Positions 8,314-17,485 of a stretch of DNA of 64,000 bases are shown here, in pieces. Numbering within the stretch: the stretch's first letter is position 1; every line of letters starts with the position of its first letter. A program made the position numbers and the translations under genes. Origin of the DNA: Blastocatellia bacterium (GTDB taxonomy: Bacteria; Acidobacteriota; Blastocatellia; UBA7656); contig DATLXU010000091.1 in assembly GCA_035575515.1 (NCBI GenBank), forward strand, positions 1,638 to 65,637, in the 5' to 3' direction. The notes beneath the pieces are model-generated. The model was not told the DNA's origin and made no database searches. It was given only the letters and a program-made list of their open reading frames with translations.

Positions 8314-8395
8314 AACCACAGAGACACCGCAGGCACGGAGAATTTACATAGAGTTGTCTCCGTGTATTCTCCGTGCCTGCGGTGCTTTCGTGGTT
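8314..8395. repeat. REP-like palindromic element (CACAGAGAC...GGAGA family), probable terminator of the upstream operon
   Basis: A perfect 19-bp stem, CACCGCAGGCACGGAGAAT (8325-8343) / ATTCTCCGTGCCTGCGGTG (8366-8384), with an outer AACCAC/GTGGTT pair. It lies just 3' of the stop at 8406. Related copies sit at 36627-36691 and 54355-54405. Confidence 0.75.
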
Positions 8396-8405
8396 TCTCT
8401 CTGAA

Positions 8406-11400
8406 TCAATCGCCGCTTGCGCCCATGCCTTGATCTACGGCCACGCTCGCGCTCAAGACCGGCAGAGGTATCCCGCGCGCCTCTTTCGCCATCTCTTCGG
8501 CTTCGAGCTGAAGCCTTAGCATGCGCTCGTACTCGGCCAACCTCTCTTCAAGGGTCTTGATCTTGCCCTTGTTCTTGATCATGTCTTCGCGATAACGCTT
8601 CAGGAAGTAACCAATCGTTTCGACGCGAATCTTGATCGAACCCGTTGGCTTGTTCTCATCAATGTCCTTGAAGCAGAAGTAAGGCGTGCCCGCGTTCTGC
8701 ACTATCTCTTCAACCACCGTGTAAATCGGCGCGTCGTGGCCGCACTTGAACGACGACAGCTCAAGCGCGACGAGATTCGGATGGCGCGCGGTGTACTTCG
8801 CTGCCCAGACTTTCCGGCTCGTGTTTTCGGAATAGGAATTCTTCCACACGTCGGAAATATCCATCGGATGCTTGATGATTCCGGCGCGCACCTCATCGCC
8901 GAACAGCCGCCACAAGATGTCGTCATCAATCGGCAAGCTATCCATAGTGAATACGGGGTAGCCGATCTTCTGGAACTCTTCGAGTATCTCGTGATTGATG
9001 CCGGGATCGTTGTGGTACGGCCTGCCGAGCAGAACAATCCCTAAACGATCTTCGGCTTCCAATTGATTCAAGACCTCGCGCGCAGCCCCCCGCATTGTCA
9101 CATTGTAAAAGGTGTCCAATGCTTTGTAGGCTTCCACAGTCGCGCGATGGTTCTCTTCAATCGTCAGCCCAAGGATGTCTTTGAACGATTCATAAACCTG
9201 CTTTTCAAACAGGTTCGGCTCGTCAACGTTGATGATGGGATTCAGGTACTTAATTCCCATCTCCGCGAACAGATCGCCTTCTTTGATGAACGCAGCCTTG
9301 ACGGCTTCAGGCGTCGCCGTCACCGTAGGGCACGCGCGGCTGCCCTGCGTGTTCACCAAATCAGACGGCAGCGCGTCAATCATCGGGAAGAAGATTATGT
9401 CGAGCGGCTTCTTCTTGTGATGCACGTAGAGCAGATTATGAACGTGCGGAATGCCGACCTTTGACGGGAAGCACGGGTCAATCGCGCCGCGCTTCGCGCC
9501 CTCTTTGTAAAGCTGCTCCGTAGTGAAATCCGAATAGACGATGTTGTTCGGCTTGATGCCTAGACTCTCAAAGTAAGCCGAGAAGAACGGATTGACTGAG
9601 TATTGATTGAGCACGCGCGGGATGCCTATGCGCAAGCTCTCGCGCCGCTTCAACAGCTCGTTGCGCTCCTTCTGCGCTCTGGTGATTGCGAACTTCGCGG
9701 GCGGGTCGGCGACGAACTTAGGGTTGAAGCTGCGCCACGCCGCCTTCGCGGAAATCTCAACGAAGTTCGGATTGGCGGCCTTGACCGAATCGAGTCCCTT
9801 CTTGATGACTCGCATATCGTTCACGTCTTCGACAAGACCCTTTTCGCACGAGTTGCCGACTATCAATCGCTTCACGCCAGGAAGGATCGGAATCTTCGAT
9901 TTGCGCGGCGGCTCTTCTTCCTGCTGCTCGCCGTTCGACACCTTCACGTCAATGAAGGTGCGCAGGCATTTGTTCTTGCAGAAGTAGCAGCGCGTATCTT
10001 CGTTGCGGTGTGTTTGGTAGGTTATCTCCTGCACGCGGTCGAGGCCGATGAACGAACTCTGCTTGCCGTTCTCCCACAGACGCACGGCTTCGATTGCCGC
10101 GCCGATTGCGCCCGACTCGCCGCAGTGCTCATGCACGATGATTCGCGGCTGCTGCGATTTGCCTTTGAAGCGCGATTCGATGAAATCAACCTGCGCTTTG
10201 ACCGCAGCGAGGTTGTGCTGCGTGCCGCCTTGAAGGACGAAGTTCGTGCCGAGCGCGGCGATGTTCGGAATCTGCGAGACGTAGAGCCAGATGTTTTTCG
10301 GCAGCACCGCAGCAAGTCCCGCCATGATCTCTTCGGGCTTCCACCCTTGCCGCTGGAAATCAACTATGTCCGATTGCATAAAGACCGCGCAGCCGTAACC
10401 GAACGTAGGCATCGCCTGCGCGCTGAATGCCACATCGGCGTACTGTTCAACGGGGATGCCGAAGCCTTCCGCCGTTGATTGCAAAAAGTAGCCGTTGCCC
10501 GCCGAGCATTGCGTGTTCAGCTTGAAGTCTTTCACCTGACGGTTCTTCAGGATGATGAGCTTGATGTCCTGCCCACCAACGTCAACTATCACGTCAACCT
10601 CGTTGTAAAACTGCAAGGCTGATTCTGTATGCGCGACCGTCTCAACGAGCGCAACGTCTGCCGCAAGCACATCTTTCAAAATATCTTTCGCATAGCCCGT
10701 TGTGCCCACGCCGAGAACTTTCAAGAACGCGCCCTGATCCGCGACCTGCTTTTCGAGCTTCGCAAAAACCTCTTTCGTGTCTTCGATGGGATTGCCTTTC
10801 GACAACTGATAAGTCTTCACTAGCACGTTGCGGTCTTTGTCAATCAGCACAGCTTTCGTTGAAGTCGAGCCGCCATCGAGTCCGATGAACCCTTCAACGA
10901 TCTGGCCCGGCTCGAACCTTGCAGGCGTGAACTTCTTGCGCTTGTAACGCTCTTTGAACGCTTCAAGCTCCTGCTCGCTTTCCGAAAGTCCTTTGCCACC
11001 GGCTTTGGCTTTCTCTTCAAGCCGCCCGTAATGGATGTAATGCTCAAGGTCTGCGTAGCCGCGATAGACGCCGACGTTGTCTTCTTCTGATTTGCCGAAC
11101 TCGACCGCGCCGATGGCGGCGAAGTACTGCGCATTCTGCGGAACCTGAATCAACTCTTTCGGGTCAATGCCTTCGGGCAGCGGGTAGTTGCGCTCTTCCC
11201 AGACCTTCGGAATGTTGTAGCGCCACGCCTCGACCATTCCGCGAATGTAAGTGTTCGGTCCGCCCAACAACAAAACGTGAGGCCGCAGTGTGTTTCCACG
11301 CGTCAGCACGGCCAGGTTCTGGCCGACGATTGCTTCAAACAACGAAGCCATCAATTCATTCGGCGGCACGCCCATCTTTTGAAGCGAGTTGATGTCGGTT

Positions 11401-11945
11401 TCGGCAAACACGCCGCACTTGCCCGCGACCGGGTGAAGCTTCAATCCGTAATAACCCATGTCGCAGAGCTTGTCGGCGGGGATTCTGAGTTTCGCGTTTA
11501 TCTTGTCAATGACCGCGCCGGTTCCGCCCGCGCACTTGTCATTCATCGAAGGGATTTTCTTCTTCTTGCCGGTCTCAGGGTCTTCTTTGAAGATGATGAT
11601 CTTCGCGTCCTGTCCGCCAAGCTCGATCACGGAACCCGCTTCGGGGTAGAGTTTCTCGACGGCAAGCGAGACGGCGTTGACCTCTTGCACGAACTTCGCG
11701 CCGATGCGCGGAGCAATGCCGCTGCCGCCTGACCCCGTTATGAATATGCGGACGTTTTCGTGCGGGATGGGGAATTCCTCTTCGATGCGCTTGAGAAATT
11801 CAAGCACCTTTTCCGGCTGCTTGGTGTCGTGGCGCTGATAGTCCTGCCAAAGAATCTCGTCTTTCACGGGGTCAACGACAACTGCCTTCACTGTCGTCGA
11901 ACCAACATCCAATCCGATGTATAGCTTTTCGTAAGTTTGGCTCAT
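8406..11945 (-). CDS. Fusion protein with two BcrAD/BadFG-type (ASKHA) ATPase activase domains plus a C-terminal DUF2229-like domain (CoA-substrate-specific enzyme activase family)
   Basis: LYIGLDVGSTTVKAVVVD and FIGLDGGSTSTKAVLID phosphate-1 motifs, each followed by GGQDAK/GGQDIK and CAGGTG/CSAGNG. A CYFCKNKC motif is present. The C-terminal block is LRIGIPRVLNQYSVNPFFSAYFESLG. The start is moved to MSQTYEK (ATG at 11945) because the ORF-track extension reads through repeat 11964-12063. Confidence 0.85.
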   Translation of the reverse strand: MSQTYEKLYIGLDVGSTTVKAVVVDPVKDEILWQDYQRHDTKQPEKVLEFLKRIEEEFPIPHENVRIFITGSGGSGIAPRIGAKFVQEVNAVSLAVEKLYPEAGSVIELGGQDAKIIIFKEDPETGKKKKIPSMNDKCAGGTGAVIDKINAKLRIPADKLCDMGYYGLKLHPVAGKCGVFAETDINSLQKMGVPPNELMASLFEAIVGQNLAVLTRGNTLRPHVLLLGGPNTYIRGMVEAWRYNIPKVWEERNYPLPEGIDPKELIQVPQNAQYFAAIGAVEFGKSEEDNVGVYRGYADLEHYIHYGRLEEKAKAGGKGLSESEQELEAFKERYKRKKFTPARFEPGQIVEGFIGLDGGSTSTKAVLIDKDRNVLVKTYQLSKGNPIEDTKEVFAKLEKQVADQGAFLKVLGVGTTGYAKDILKDVLAADVALVETVAHTESALQFYNEVDVIVDVGGQDIKLIILKNRQVKDFKLNTQCSAGNGYFLQSTAEGFGIPVEQYADVAFSAQAMPTFGYGCAVFMQSDIVDFQRQGWKPEEIMAGLAAVLPKNIWLYVSQIPNIAALGTNFVLQGGTQHNLAAVKAQVDFIESRFKGKSQQPRIIVHEHCGESGAIGAAIEAVRLWENGKQSSFIGLDRVQEITYQTHRNEDTRCYFCKNKCLRTFIDVKVSNGEQQEEEPPRKSKIPILPGVKRLIVGNSCEKGLVEDVNDMRVIKKGLDSVKAANPNFVEISAKAAWRSFNPKFVADPPAKFAITRAQKERNELLKRRESLRIGIPRVLNQYSVNPFFSAYFESLGIKPNNIVYSDFTTEQLYKEGAKRGAIDPCFPSKVGIPHVHNLLYVHHKKKPLDIIFFPMIDALPSDLVNTQGSRACPTVTATPEAVKAAFIKEGDLFAEMGIKYLNPIINVDEPNLFEKQVYESFKDILGLTIEENHRATVEAYKALDTFYNVTMRGAAREVLNQLEAEDRLGIVLLGRPYHNDPGINHEILEEFQKIGYPVFTMDSLPIDDDILWRLFGDEVRAGIIKHPMDISDVWKNSYSENTSRKVWAAKYTARHPNLVALELSSFKCGHDAPIYTVVEEIVQNAGTPYFCFKDIDENKPTGSIKIRVETIGYFLKRYREDMIKNKGKIKTLEERLAEYERMLRLQLEAEEMAKEARGIPLPVLSASVAVDQGMGASGD

Positions 11946-11963
11946 TGCTCTATCCCAATTTCC

Positions 11964-12063
11964 TGTAGGGGGCAGGGCTTGTCCCTGCCCGGATTGTGCG
12001 AAGCACAATGATTGCCATCGCGCCTTGCGCGCGATTCGGGCAGCCTTCGTGGCCGCCCCTACA
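11964..12063. repeat. Intercistronic multi-hairpin element framed by GTAGGGG / CCCCTAC arms
   Basis: The outer arms are TGTAGGGGG (11964-11972) and GCCCCTACA (12055-12063). The inner stems are CAGGG/CCCTG (11973-11987), CTGCCCG/CGGGCAG (11985-11991 / 12037-12043), ATTGTGC/GCACAAT (11993-12009) and ATCGCGC/GCGCGAT (12017-12035). Confidence 0.65.
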
Positions 12064-12073
12064 AATGGCGCAA

Positions 12074-13867
12074 TCAATCTGCCGCGTAATTCGAGACGCG
12101 CGACCGGCTCTCTTTCTTCATCAACTCCGAAACGTGCTTGACGAAGTTCGCAGCCGCGCCGATGATTCCCTTCGTATGCGGCACGTTGTAGAGTCCGCTC
12201 TGAAGCTCAGGATGCTCTTCGGCGTATTCGCGCACCTCGTCGAGCGTCAGGCCGGTCTCTTCGAGCACGCGCGCCATCTCCTGCTTGGCTTTCACCTTCG
12301 CTTCGCCAAGCGCCATCTGCACGCGGCTGTGAGCGTTTATCTCGCCTTCGCCCGATGTCTCAATCGGCAGATAGATCATGTCTTTGTAGAGATTGACGAC
12401 TGCCGACTGCGCGCCGTCCGATTGCGTTGAAGGCATGCAACCGAATGGTTTAAGTGACAGGACCATGTGAGCCAAGTCTTTGTTAGAGTAGTAAATGTTC
12501 TTCGCGACTTCGAGGTGGCCTTCGCCGCCGCCCGCGCGCGAGTTGTAGAACGGATGGCCAAGTCGCTGAAGTTCGTACTGATCAGTCAACCCGTGTGGGA
12601 TATTGTTCAGAGCTTCGCGCAGACGATTCCATTCGCGCTTGAAGATCGCTTCGGCAAGCGTCAGCTTGGCAGTTGATTTCTTGACCTTCAAAGTGTTTTT
12701 GATGCGCTTATCAATTCGCCACGCGGCGGGCATCGCTTCGTCTTCGCTCACGCCTTTGCGGTCGTTGTGCTTCTGCTTGGCCTGATGAATCATGTACATG
12801 ATCCACGTGCCGATAGGCTCAACCAGAACCTGTGCGCCTTCGCGCTCAAGGAACTTGAACATATTGAAGTTGCCATCGCCTTCCGTAGTCTGCGCCCAGA
12901 ACTCGCCCGTGATCTTGACGATTGGCTTGACGCGAGTGCGATCAACCTTGACTTTCGCCAGTCGCGCGCCGACCTCTCTAAGCGCGTCGGTGTAGGCCGT
13001 GCCGTAAAGCTGATCGAGGAACTTGCCTATGTACTCAGCCGTGTCGCCTATGGGTAGGTTCTTGACGAACTTGCCGAGTTTGCCTTCAAGCTCGAAGTTG
13101 CGGTGCGTCTTCATCACTTCGTGCAGATAGTCCATGCAATCGGCGATGGCCGCATCGGTTGCGCCTTTTTCAAGCTCGAACGGGCGAATCTGATAGCCGA
13201 CATCCGTGACGAGGTCGCCCATGTTCATCGCATTGAGGATTGCGAGGAAGAAGTCCACGTTCATGTCGAGACCGGCTTCAGCTTCGGATTGATCGAGTCC
13301 ACCCGACTGCTGGAACAAGAGCACGCGGAACCCGTCAAAGCCTGAATTGCGAAGCGCGAGACGGTATTCGGCTTCGTACATTCCGAAGCGGCACGGGCCG
13401 CACGCGCCTGCGGTGAAGAAGACGTAGTTGTCAATTATCTCCTGCCGCGAGAGACCACGCGCTTCGAGGCTCTGAAGATACTGAACCAGATTGCCGACGG
13501 TGAAATACGTCGGGTTGCACTGGCCGTTGTTGCCGTACTCTTTGCCGATCTGGAAAGCGGCGACGTTCGGGGTCGGCACGGCCTCGCACTTGTAGCCCAA
13601 TCCTTCGAGCGCGCCGTGAATCAGGTATTCGTGCTTCCACGTCAAGCCGCCGAATAGCAGCGTCGTGTGCGCGCGCTGGTCTTTGGTGAAAGGTCTTTCA
13701 ACAGGCCGGAAGAACTGCTGCCGCTGCTGAGTCTCAATGCCCATCTCGCGAGCTAATCGCGCGCGCTCCTGTTCGAGCTTCTCGCGGATTATCTCTTCTT
13801 TCGATTTGATGTTGACCAGATTCACTGGCGGTTTCGGTGCGGAATTGTCATGCAGATTTGTGGACAT
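12074..13867 (-). CDS. DUF2229-like / acyl-CoA dehydratase-activase-related protein (partner of the ATPase fusion)
   Basis: TTLLFGGLTWKHEYLIHGALEGLGYKCEAVP ... NNGQCNPTYFTVGNL ... GACGPCRFGMY parallels the C-terminal domain of the downstream protein. The two genes share a strand and are 128 bp apart. Confidence 0.75.
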   Translation of the reverse strand: MSTNLHDNSAPKPPVNLVNIKSKEEIIREKLEQERARLAREMGIETQQRQQFFRPVERPFTKDQRAHTTLLFGGLTWKHEYLIHGALEGLGYKCEAVPTPNVAAFQIGKEYGNNGQCNPTYFTVGNLVQYLQSLEARGLSRQEIIDNYVFFTAGACGPCRFGMYEAEYRLALRNSGFDGFRVLLFQQSGGLDQSEAEAGLDMNVDFFLAILNAMNMGDLVTDVGYQIRPFELEKGATDAAIADCMDYLHEVMKTHRNFELEGKLGKFVKNLPIGDTAEYIGKFLDQLYGTAYTDALREVGARLAKVKVDRTRVKPIVKITGEFWAQTTEGDGNFNMFKFLEREGAQVLVEPIGTWIMYMIHQAKQKHNDRKGVSEDEAMPAAWRIDKRIKNTLKVKKSTAKLTLAEAIFKREWNRLREALNNIPHGLTDQYELQRLGHPFYNSRAGGGEGHLEVAKNIYYSNKDLAHMVLSLKPFGCMPSTQSDGAQSAVVNLYKDMIYLPIETSGEGEINAHSRVQMALGEAKVKAKQEMARVLEETGLTLDEVREYAEEHPELQSGLYNVPHTKGIIGAAANFVKHVSELMKKESRSRVSNYAAD

Positions 13868-14230
13868 CGCTTCACCTCGCTAAGATTTATTTTTTCAATC
13901 CGAACAATTGCCTGTTTTTAGCAACGGAAATTAAACCAATTCACTAACCGATCTCGCCGCAACAGCCGGGCAATAAAATGGCTACCACATTATCCAGCAA
14001 ATGCGACTTAAGAGACTGTCATAAGAGCTAAACCGCTATGAATAAAAACAATTTGAATTGGCCTTGAAATCCCCGTTTCCCTTAGCTACAGCTACACCGC
14101 GTCCTCAACTGTAGTGCCGCACTATAACAGGCGAGGGATGCCCGGTCTGTACGGTCGCGAACATAGATGATTGCAGAATGCGGATTTCGGGTTGCGGTTT
14201 TTTTTCACTTTCTTCAACCCGCAATCCCTT

Positions 14231-15298
14231 TCAGGCGGTCAGCCGATCATAGACCTGCTTGACGACTTGGTAGCATTCGCAGGAAGCCGCTTCCAGAGCT
14301 TTTCTATCAAGCACAGTGATAAGACCGCGACGGTATTGAATCAATCCTGCTTGCTGAAGCGAGGCTGCGGCAACGCTCACGCCCGCGCGTCGCGCGCCAA
14401 TCATGTTGGACATTAAATCGTGCGTGAGCAACAGAGTGTCTGATTCGCTGCGGTCGTGCATCATCAACAGCCACCGAACCAATTTTTGCTCTACTGAATG
14501 AAACTGGTTGCAGGCCGCGAGTTGCGAAATCTGCGTCAGCATCCCTTGCGTGTAATCGAGCAAAAAAACCTGCAGTCTGTTTGCGATGCGCGCCCCTTCG
14601 CGCAAGAAAGGCGCTTTGATTCTTAGCGCCGTTCCCGCTTTCTGCACGACTGCGTGATATGGAATCGTCAATGTTTCCGAAAGCACGCGGATGCCGACGA
14701 TGCCTTCGTTGCCAATCATCCCTACGCCTACGGTCGAGCCGTTCTCCAGAATTGAAAAGAGCGACACGATGGCTGTCTCTGGAAAATAGACGTACTGAAA
14801 ATCCTCGTCGTTTTGATAGAGCACCTGCGCAAGGCTGAGCGATACGCGCTCCATGTTCGCGGTCAGGGCTTCGCGCTCCGTTTCCGGCAGCTTTGCGATA
14901 ATTCTGTTTTCTGGAACTGGCGAAGGGCCGGACGAAATCTCTTCTTTCCTGGAAAGCGCGAGAGCTTTTTTAATCAGTTCCTGCGATTTGTTTATCTGAA
15001 GCGCCATCTCTTTCTTGTGGCTGTTAATCAGTCGCATCTGACGACCGAGATTGCGGCGCAGCCTTCGTCGCTGCTCGTCACTTGCCGTAGCATCATCGAG
15101 CTTCTCGGCAATCTCGCGCGCGTTCTTGAACAGCTTGATGATTTCGTTTAAGGCCGTTACGTCAGGCTCAATCTCTTCGAGCGAGTGAGGTCTGATTAGT
15201 ATTGTCGCGAGGCTGTGCAAATGAGCGATGATAAGCTCTTCGAGTCCGCTGATCTCTTTTAAGGCGCGTTTAGGCTGGCTCATCGTTGCTACGCTCAT
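14231..15298 (-). CDS. Crp/Fnr-family transcriptional regulator with ~130-aa N-terminal coiled-coil extension
   Basis: The cNMP-binding-like beta-barrel region is FQYVYFPETAIVSLFSILENGSTVGVGMIGNEGIVG. The C-terminal HTH is LLLTHDLMSNMIGARRAGVSVAAASLQQAGLIQYRRGLITVLD. Confidence 0.8.
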   Translation of the reverse strand: MSVATMSQPKRALKEISGLEELIIAHLHSLATILIRPHSLEEIEPDVTALNEIIKLFKNAREIAEKLDDATASDEQRRRLRRNLGRQMRLINSHKKEMALQINKSQELIKKALALSRKEEISSGPSPVPENRIIAKLPETEREALTANMERVSLSLAQVLYQNDEDFQYVYFPETAIVSLFSILENGSTVGVGMIGNEGIVGIRVLSETLTIPYHAVVQKAGTALRIKAPFLREGARIANRLQVFLLDYTQGMLTQISQLAACNQFHSVEQKLVRWLLMMHDRSESDTLLLTHDLMSNMIGARRAGVSVAAASLQQAGLIQYRRGLITVLDRKALEAASCECYQVVKQVYDRLTA

Positions 15299-15299
15299 A

Positions 15300-15536
15300 T
15301 CAAATCTGCTTCGTGTTTATTGAACTCCAGCAGGAGGCGCAAAGCTGAGGGTCGTTTTTAACGATGATGCGATGCTGCTGGCAGCGCGAGCAAATGCCCT
15401 TCGACGATGACTTTGCGCCGCTTGATGACAGTTCGGCCTGCTTCCGTTTGTTGCTTTTAAGTTGAAAATAAAAGAATCCAACGATGCTTAATACAACAAT
15501 TAGTATCAAAGCTATCAGCAAAACCAAAAGCATCAA
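15300..15536 (-). CDS. Small membrane-anchored protein with C-terminal CxxC..CxxC zinc-ribbon
   Basis: N-terminal TM LLVLLIALILIVVLSIVGFFYF, then CSRCQQH...CASCW. It lies 1 nt upstream of the Crp/Fnr-family regulator gene start. Confidence 0.45.
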   Translation of the reverse strand: MMLLVLLIALILIVVLSIVGFFYFQLKSNKRKQAELSSSGAKSSSKGICSRCQQHRIIVKNDPQLCASCWSSINTKQI

Positions 15537-15556
15537 TCTTCAGCCTCCCGGATCAT

Positions 15557-15877
15557 CTATGCTGGCGAAAACTCCAGCGCGAGCAGCGCGCGGCACTTAG
15601 CGCACGCGAGTTTTTGAACCGAAGATTTTTCATCCTTCAATTGGTAAACGTCAAGGCTCGAACACCGAGCGCATTGAACGGTAGGCGCGCATGAATCTTT
15701 TTCTTCGGCTCGCAGACCGAAGGTCGGCAAGGTTTCGCCCGAATCTTTCGTCGCAAGTTCAAAGTTGCTCAGACAATTGCTGCAAACGTGATTGAAGCAG
15801 CAATCAGGGTGGCAACTGTAGACGACATCCGGCGAGCCGCAACCGGGACAGGCAATTGTTAAAGGTTCAAATTCCAT
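15557..15877 (-). CDS. Cys-rich (multiple CxxC) small protein
   Basis: CPGCGSPD, CSNC, CARC and CAKC pairs. The start is moved to MEFEPL (ATG at 15877). Confidence 0.5.
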   Translation of the reverse strand: MEFEPLTIACPGCGSPDVVYSCHPDCCFNHVCSNCLSNFELATKDSGETLPTFGLRAEEKDSCAPTVQCARCSSLDVYQLKDEKSSVQKLACAKCRALLALEFSPA

Positions 15878-16000
15878 AGCTCTCAAGATTTCATAACGCC
15901 ATAAAGAATCTTCAATCGTATAATCCTACTTCGCGCTATTCACTTGCAGCAACCGAAGGCGCGATGGTTTCAAACTCAATTTCAATTCAATGCTTATCTG

Positions 16001-17425
16001 ATGAACCAAAGCGAATATGATGCAGTAGTGGTCGGCGCGGGGCCGAACGGACTGAGCGCGGCAATCGAGCTTGCGCGAGCGGGCCTGCGGATCTGCCTCA
16101 TCGAAGCGAAAGAGACCGTCGGCGGCGGCGCGCGCTCGGCTGAACTCACCGAACTGGGATTCATTCACGATGTGTGCTCAACCATTCATCCGATGGGATT
16201 TGCGTCGCCTTTTTTCCGCTCGCTCAATCTGGAGCGGTGGGGCGTTGAATGGGTTCATGCGGAGGCCGCGCTTGCGCATCCTTTCGATGATGGAACGGCC
16301 GCGCTGTTGTTTGAATCACTAGACGCAACCTGCGAAACGCTTGGCCGCGATGCTGCGGCCTATCGCGATTTGATGAAGCCGCTCGCCGATCACGCAGATG
16401 AGTTGTTCGAAGATATATTGCGCCCTGTTCGATTGCCGCGACACCCGCTTGTAATGCTGCGCTTCGGATTGTCGGCAGTTTGTTCTTGCGTGGGGCTTGC
16501 CAATCTGCGCTTTCAAGGCGAAAAGGCGAAAGCTTTACTTGCCGGGTGCGCTGCTCATCAAGTCGTTCCGCTCGATAGATTAGGAACCGCATCGTTCGGT
16601 CTTGTGTTAATGCTCGTCGCTCACAAATCGGGCTGGCCCTTTGCGGGCGGCGGCTCGCAAAAGATTGCCGATGCGCTCGCCGAATGCTTGAAAAGTTACG
16701 GCGGAGAGATTCGCTTAAATTCTCCGATTCGCTCGATGCGCGACCTGCCACGCTCGCGCGCGGTGCTGTTCGATTTAACTCCGAGGCAAATTGTCGAAAT
16801 CGCAGGCGACGAGCTGCCTCCGAGCTATCGCAGCCGTCTTTCAAGATTTCGATACGGGCCGGGCGTGTTCAAGGTTGATTGGGCATTGAATGGGCCAATC
16901 CCTTGGCGCGCATCAGAGTGCACTCGCGCGGCGACGGTTCACGTCGGCGGAAGCATTAATGAAATCGCCGCGAGCGAAGATGAAGCATGGAATGGAAAAA
17001 TCTCAGACCGGCCATTTGTTATTGTCGCTCAACAGAGCTTGTTCGATTCATCGCGCGCGCCCGCTGGTAAACATACCGCGTGGGCTTATTGTCACGTGCC
17101 GCACAGTTCAAGCGCCGATATGACTGAAAGAATCGAGAATCAAATCGAACGATTCGCGCCAGGCTTTCGTGAAATAATCATCGCGCGGCATACAATGAAC
17201 GCAAGCGAGCTTCAACATCACAATGAAAACTTCATCGGCGGAGACATCGGCGGCGGCGCGAATAATCTTCGGCAATTCATAGCGCGTCCTGTGATGAAGC
17301 TCGACCCTTATTCGACTCCAAACGAAAAGATATTCATCTGCTCAAGCTCAACGCCGCCCGGCGGCGGAGTTCACGGCATGTGCGGCTACAACGCCGCTCG
17401 CTCCGCGCTGCGACGATTGGTTTGA
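16001..17425 (+). CDS. Phytoene desaturase (CrtI)-family NAD(P)/FAD-dependent oxidoreductase
   Basis: The dinucleotide-binding N-terminus is YDAVVVGAGPNGLSAAIELARAG. The size and C-terminal STPPGGGVHGMCG are typical. The start is set at the ATG at 16001. Confidence 0.8.
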   Translation: MNQSEYDAVVVGAGPNGLSAAIELARAGLRICLIEAKETVGGGARSAELTELGFIHDVCSTIHPMGFASPFFRSLNLERWGVEWVHAEAALAHPFDDGTAALLFESLDATCETLGRDAAAYRDLMKPLADHADELFEDILRPVRLPRHPLVMLRFGLSAVCSCVGLANLRFQGEKAKALLAGCAAHQVVPLDRLGTASFGLVLMLVAHKSGWPFAGGGSQKIADALAECLKSYGGEIRLNSPIRSMRDLPRSRAVLFDLTPRQIVEIAGDELPPSYRSRLSRFRYGPGVFKVDWALNGPIPWRASECTRAATVHVGGSINEIAASEDEAWNGKISDRPFVIVAQQSLFDSSRAPAGKHTAWAYCHVPHSSSADMTERIENQIERFAPGFREIIIARHTMNASELQHHNENFIGGDIGGGANNLRQFIARPVMKLDPYSTPNEKIFICSSSTPPGGGVHGMCGYNAARSALRRLV

Positions 17426-17485
17426 ACGAGCCGATTTTTAATCAATACAAAGCCATTGTTGTAAGCACAAACTCGAACGTGTGCT

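Noticed and set aside
11946-12077. N-terminal extensions given in the ORF track: activase from 12077, dehydrogenase from 5447, M28 peptidase from 56714, RIC from 38224, helicase from 60147.
   Set aside because: The extensions read through palindromic repeat elements or lack an SD. Internal ATGs with GGAGG-type sites or tight coupling to the upstream stop fit better, so the starts were moved accordingly.
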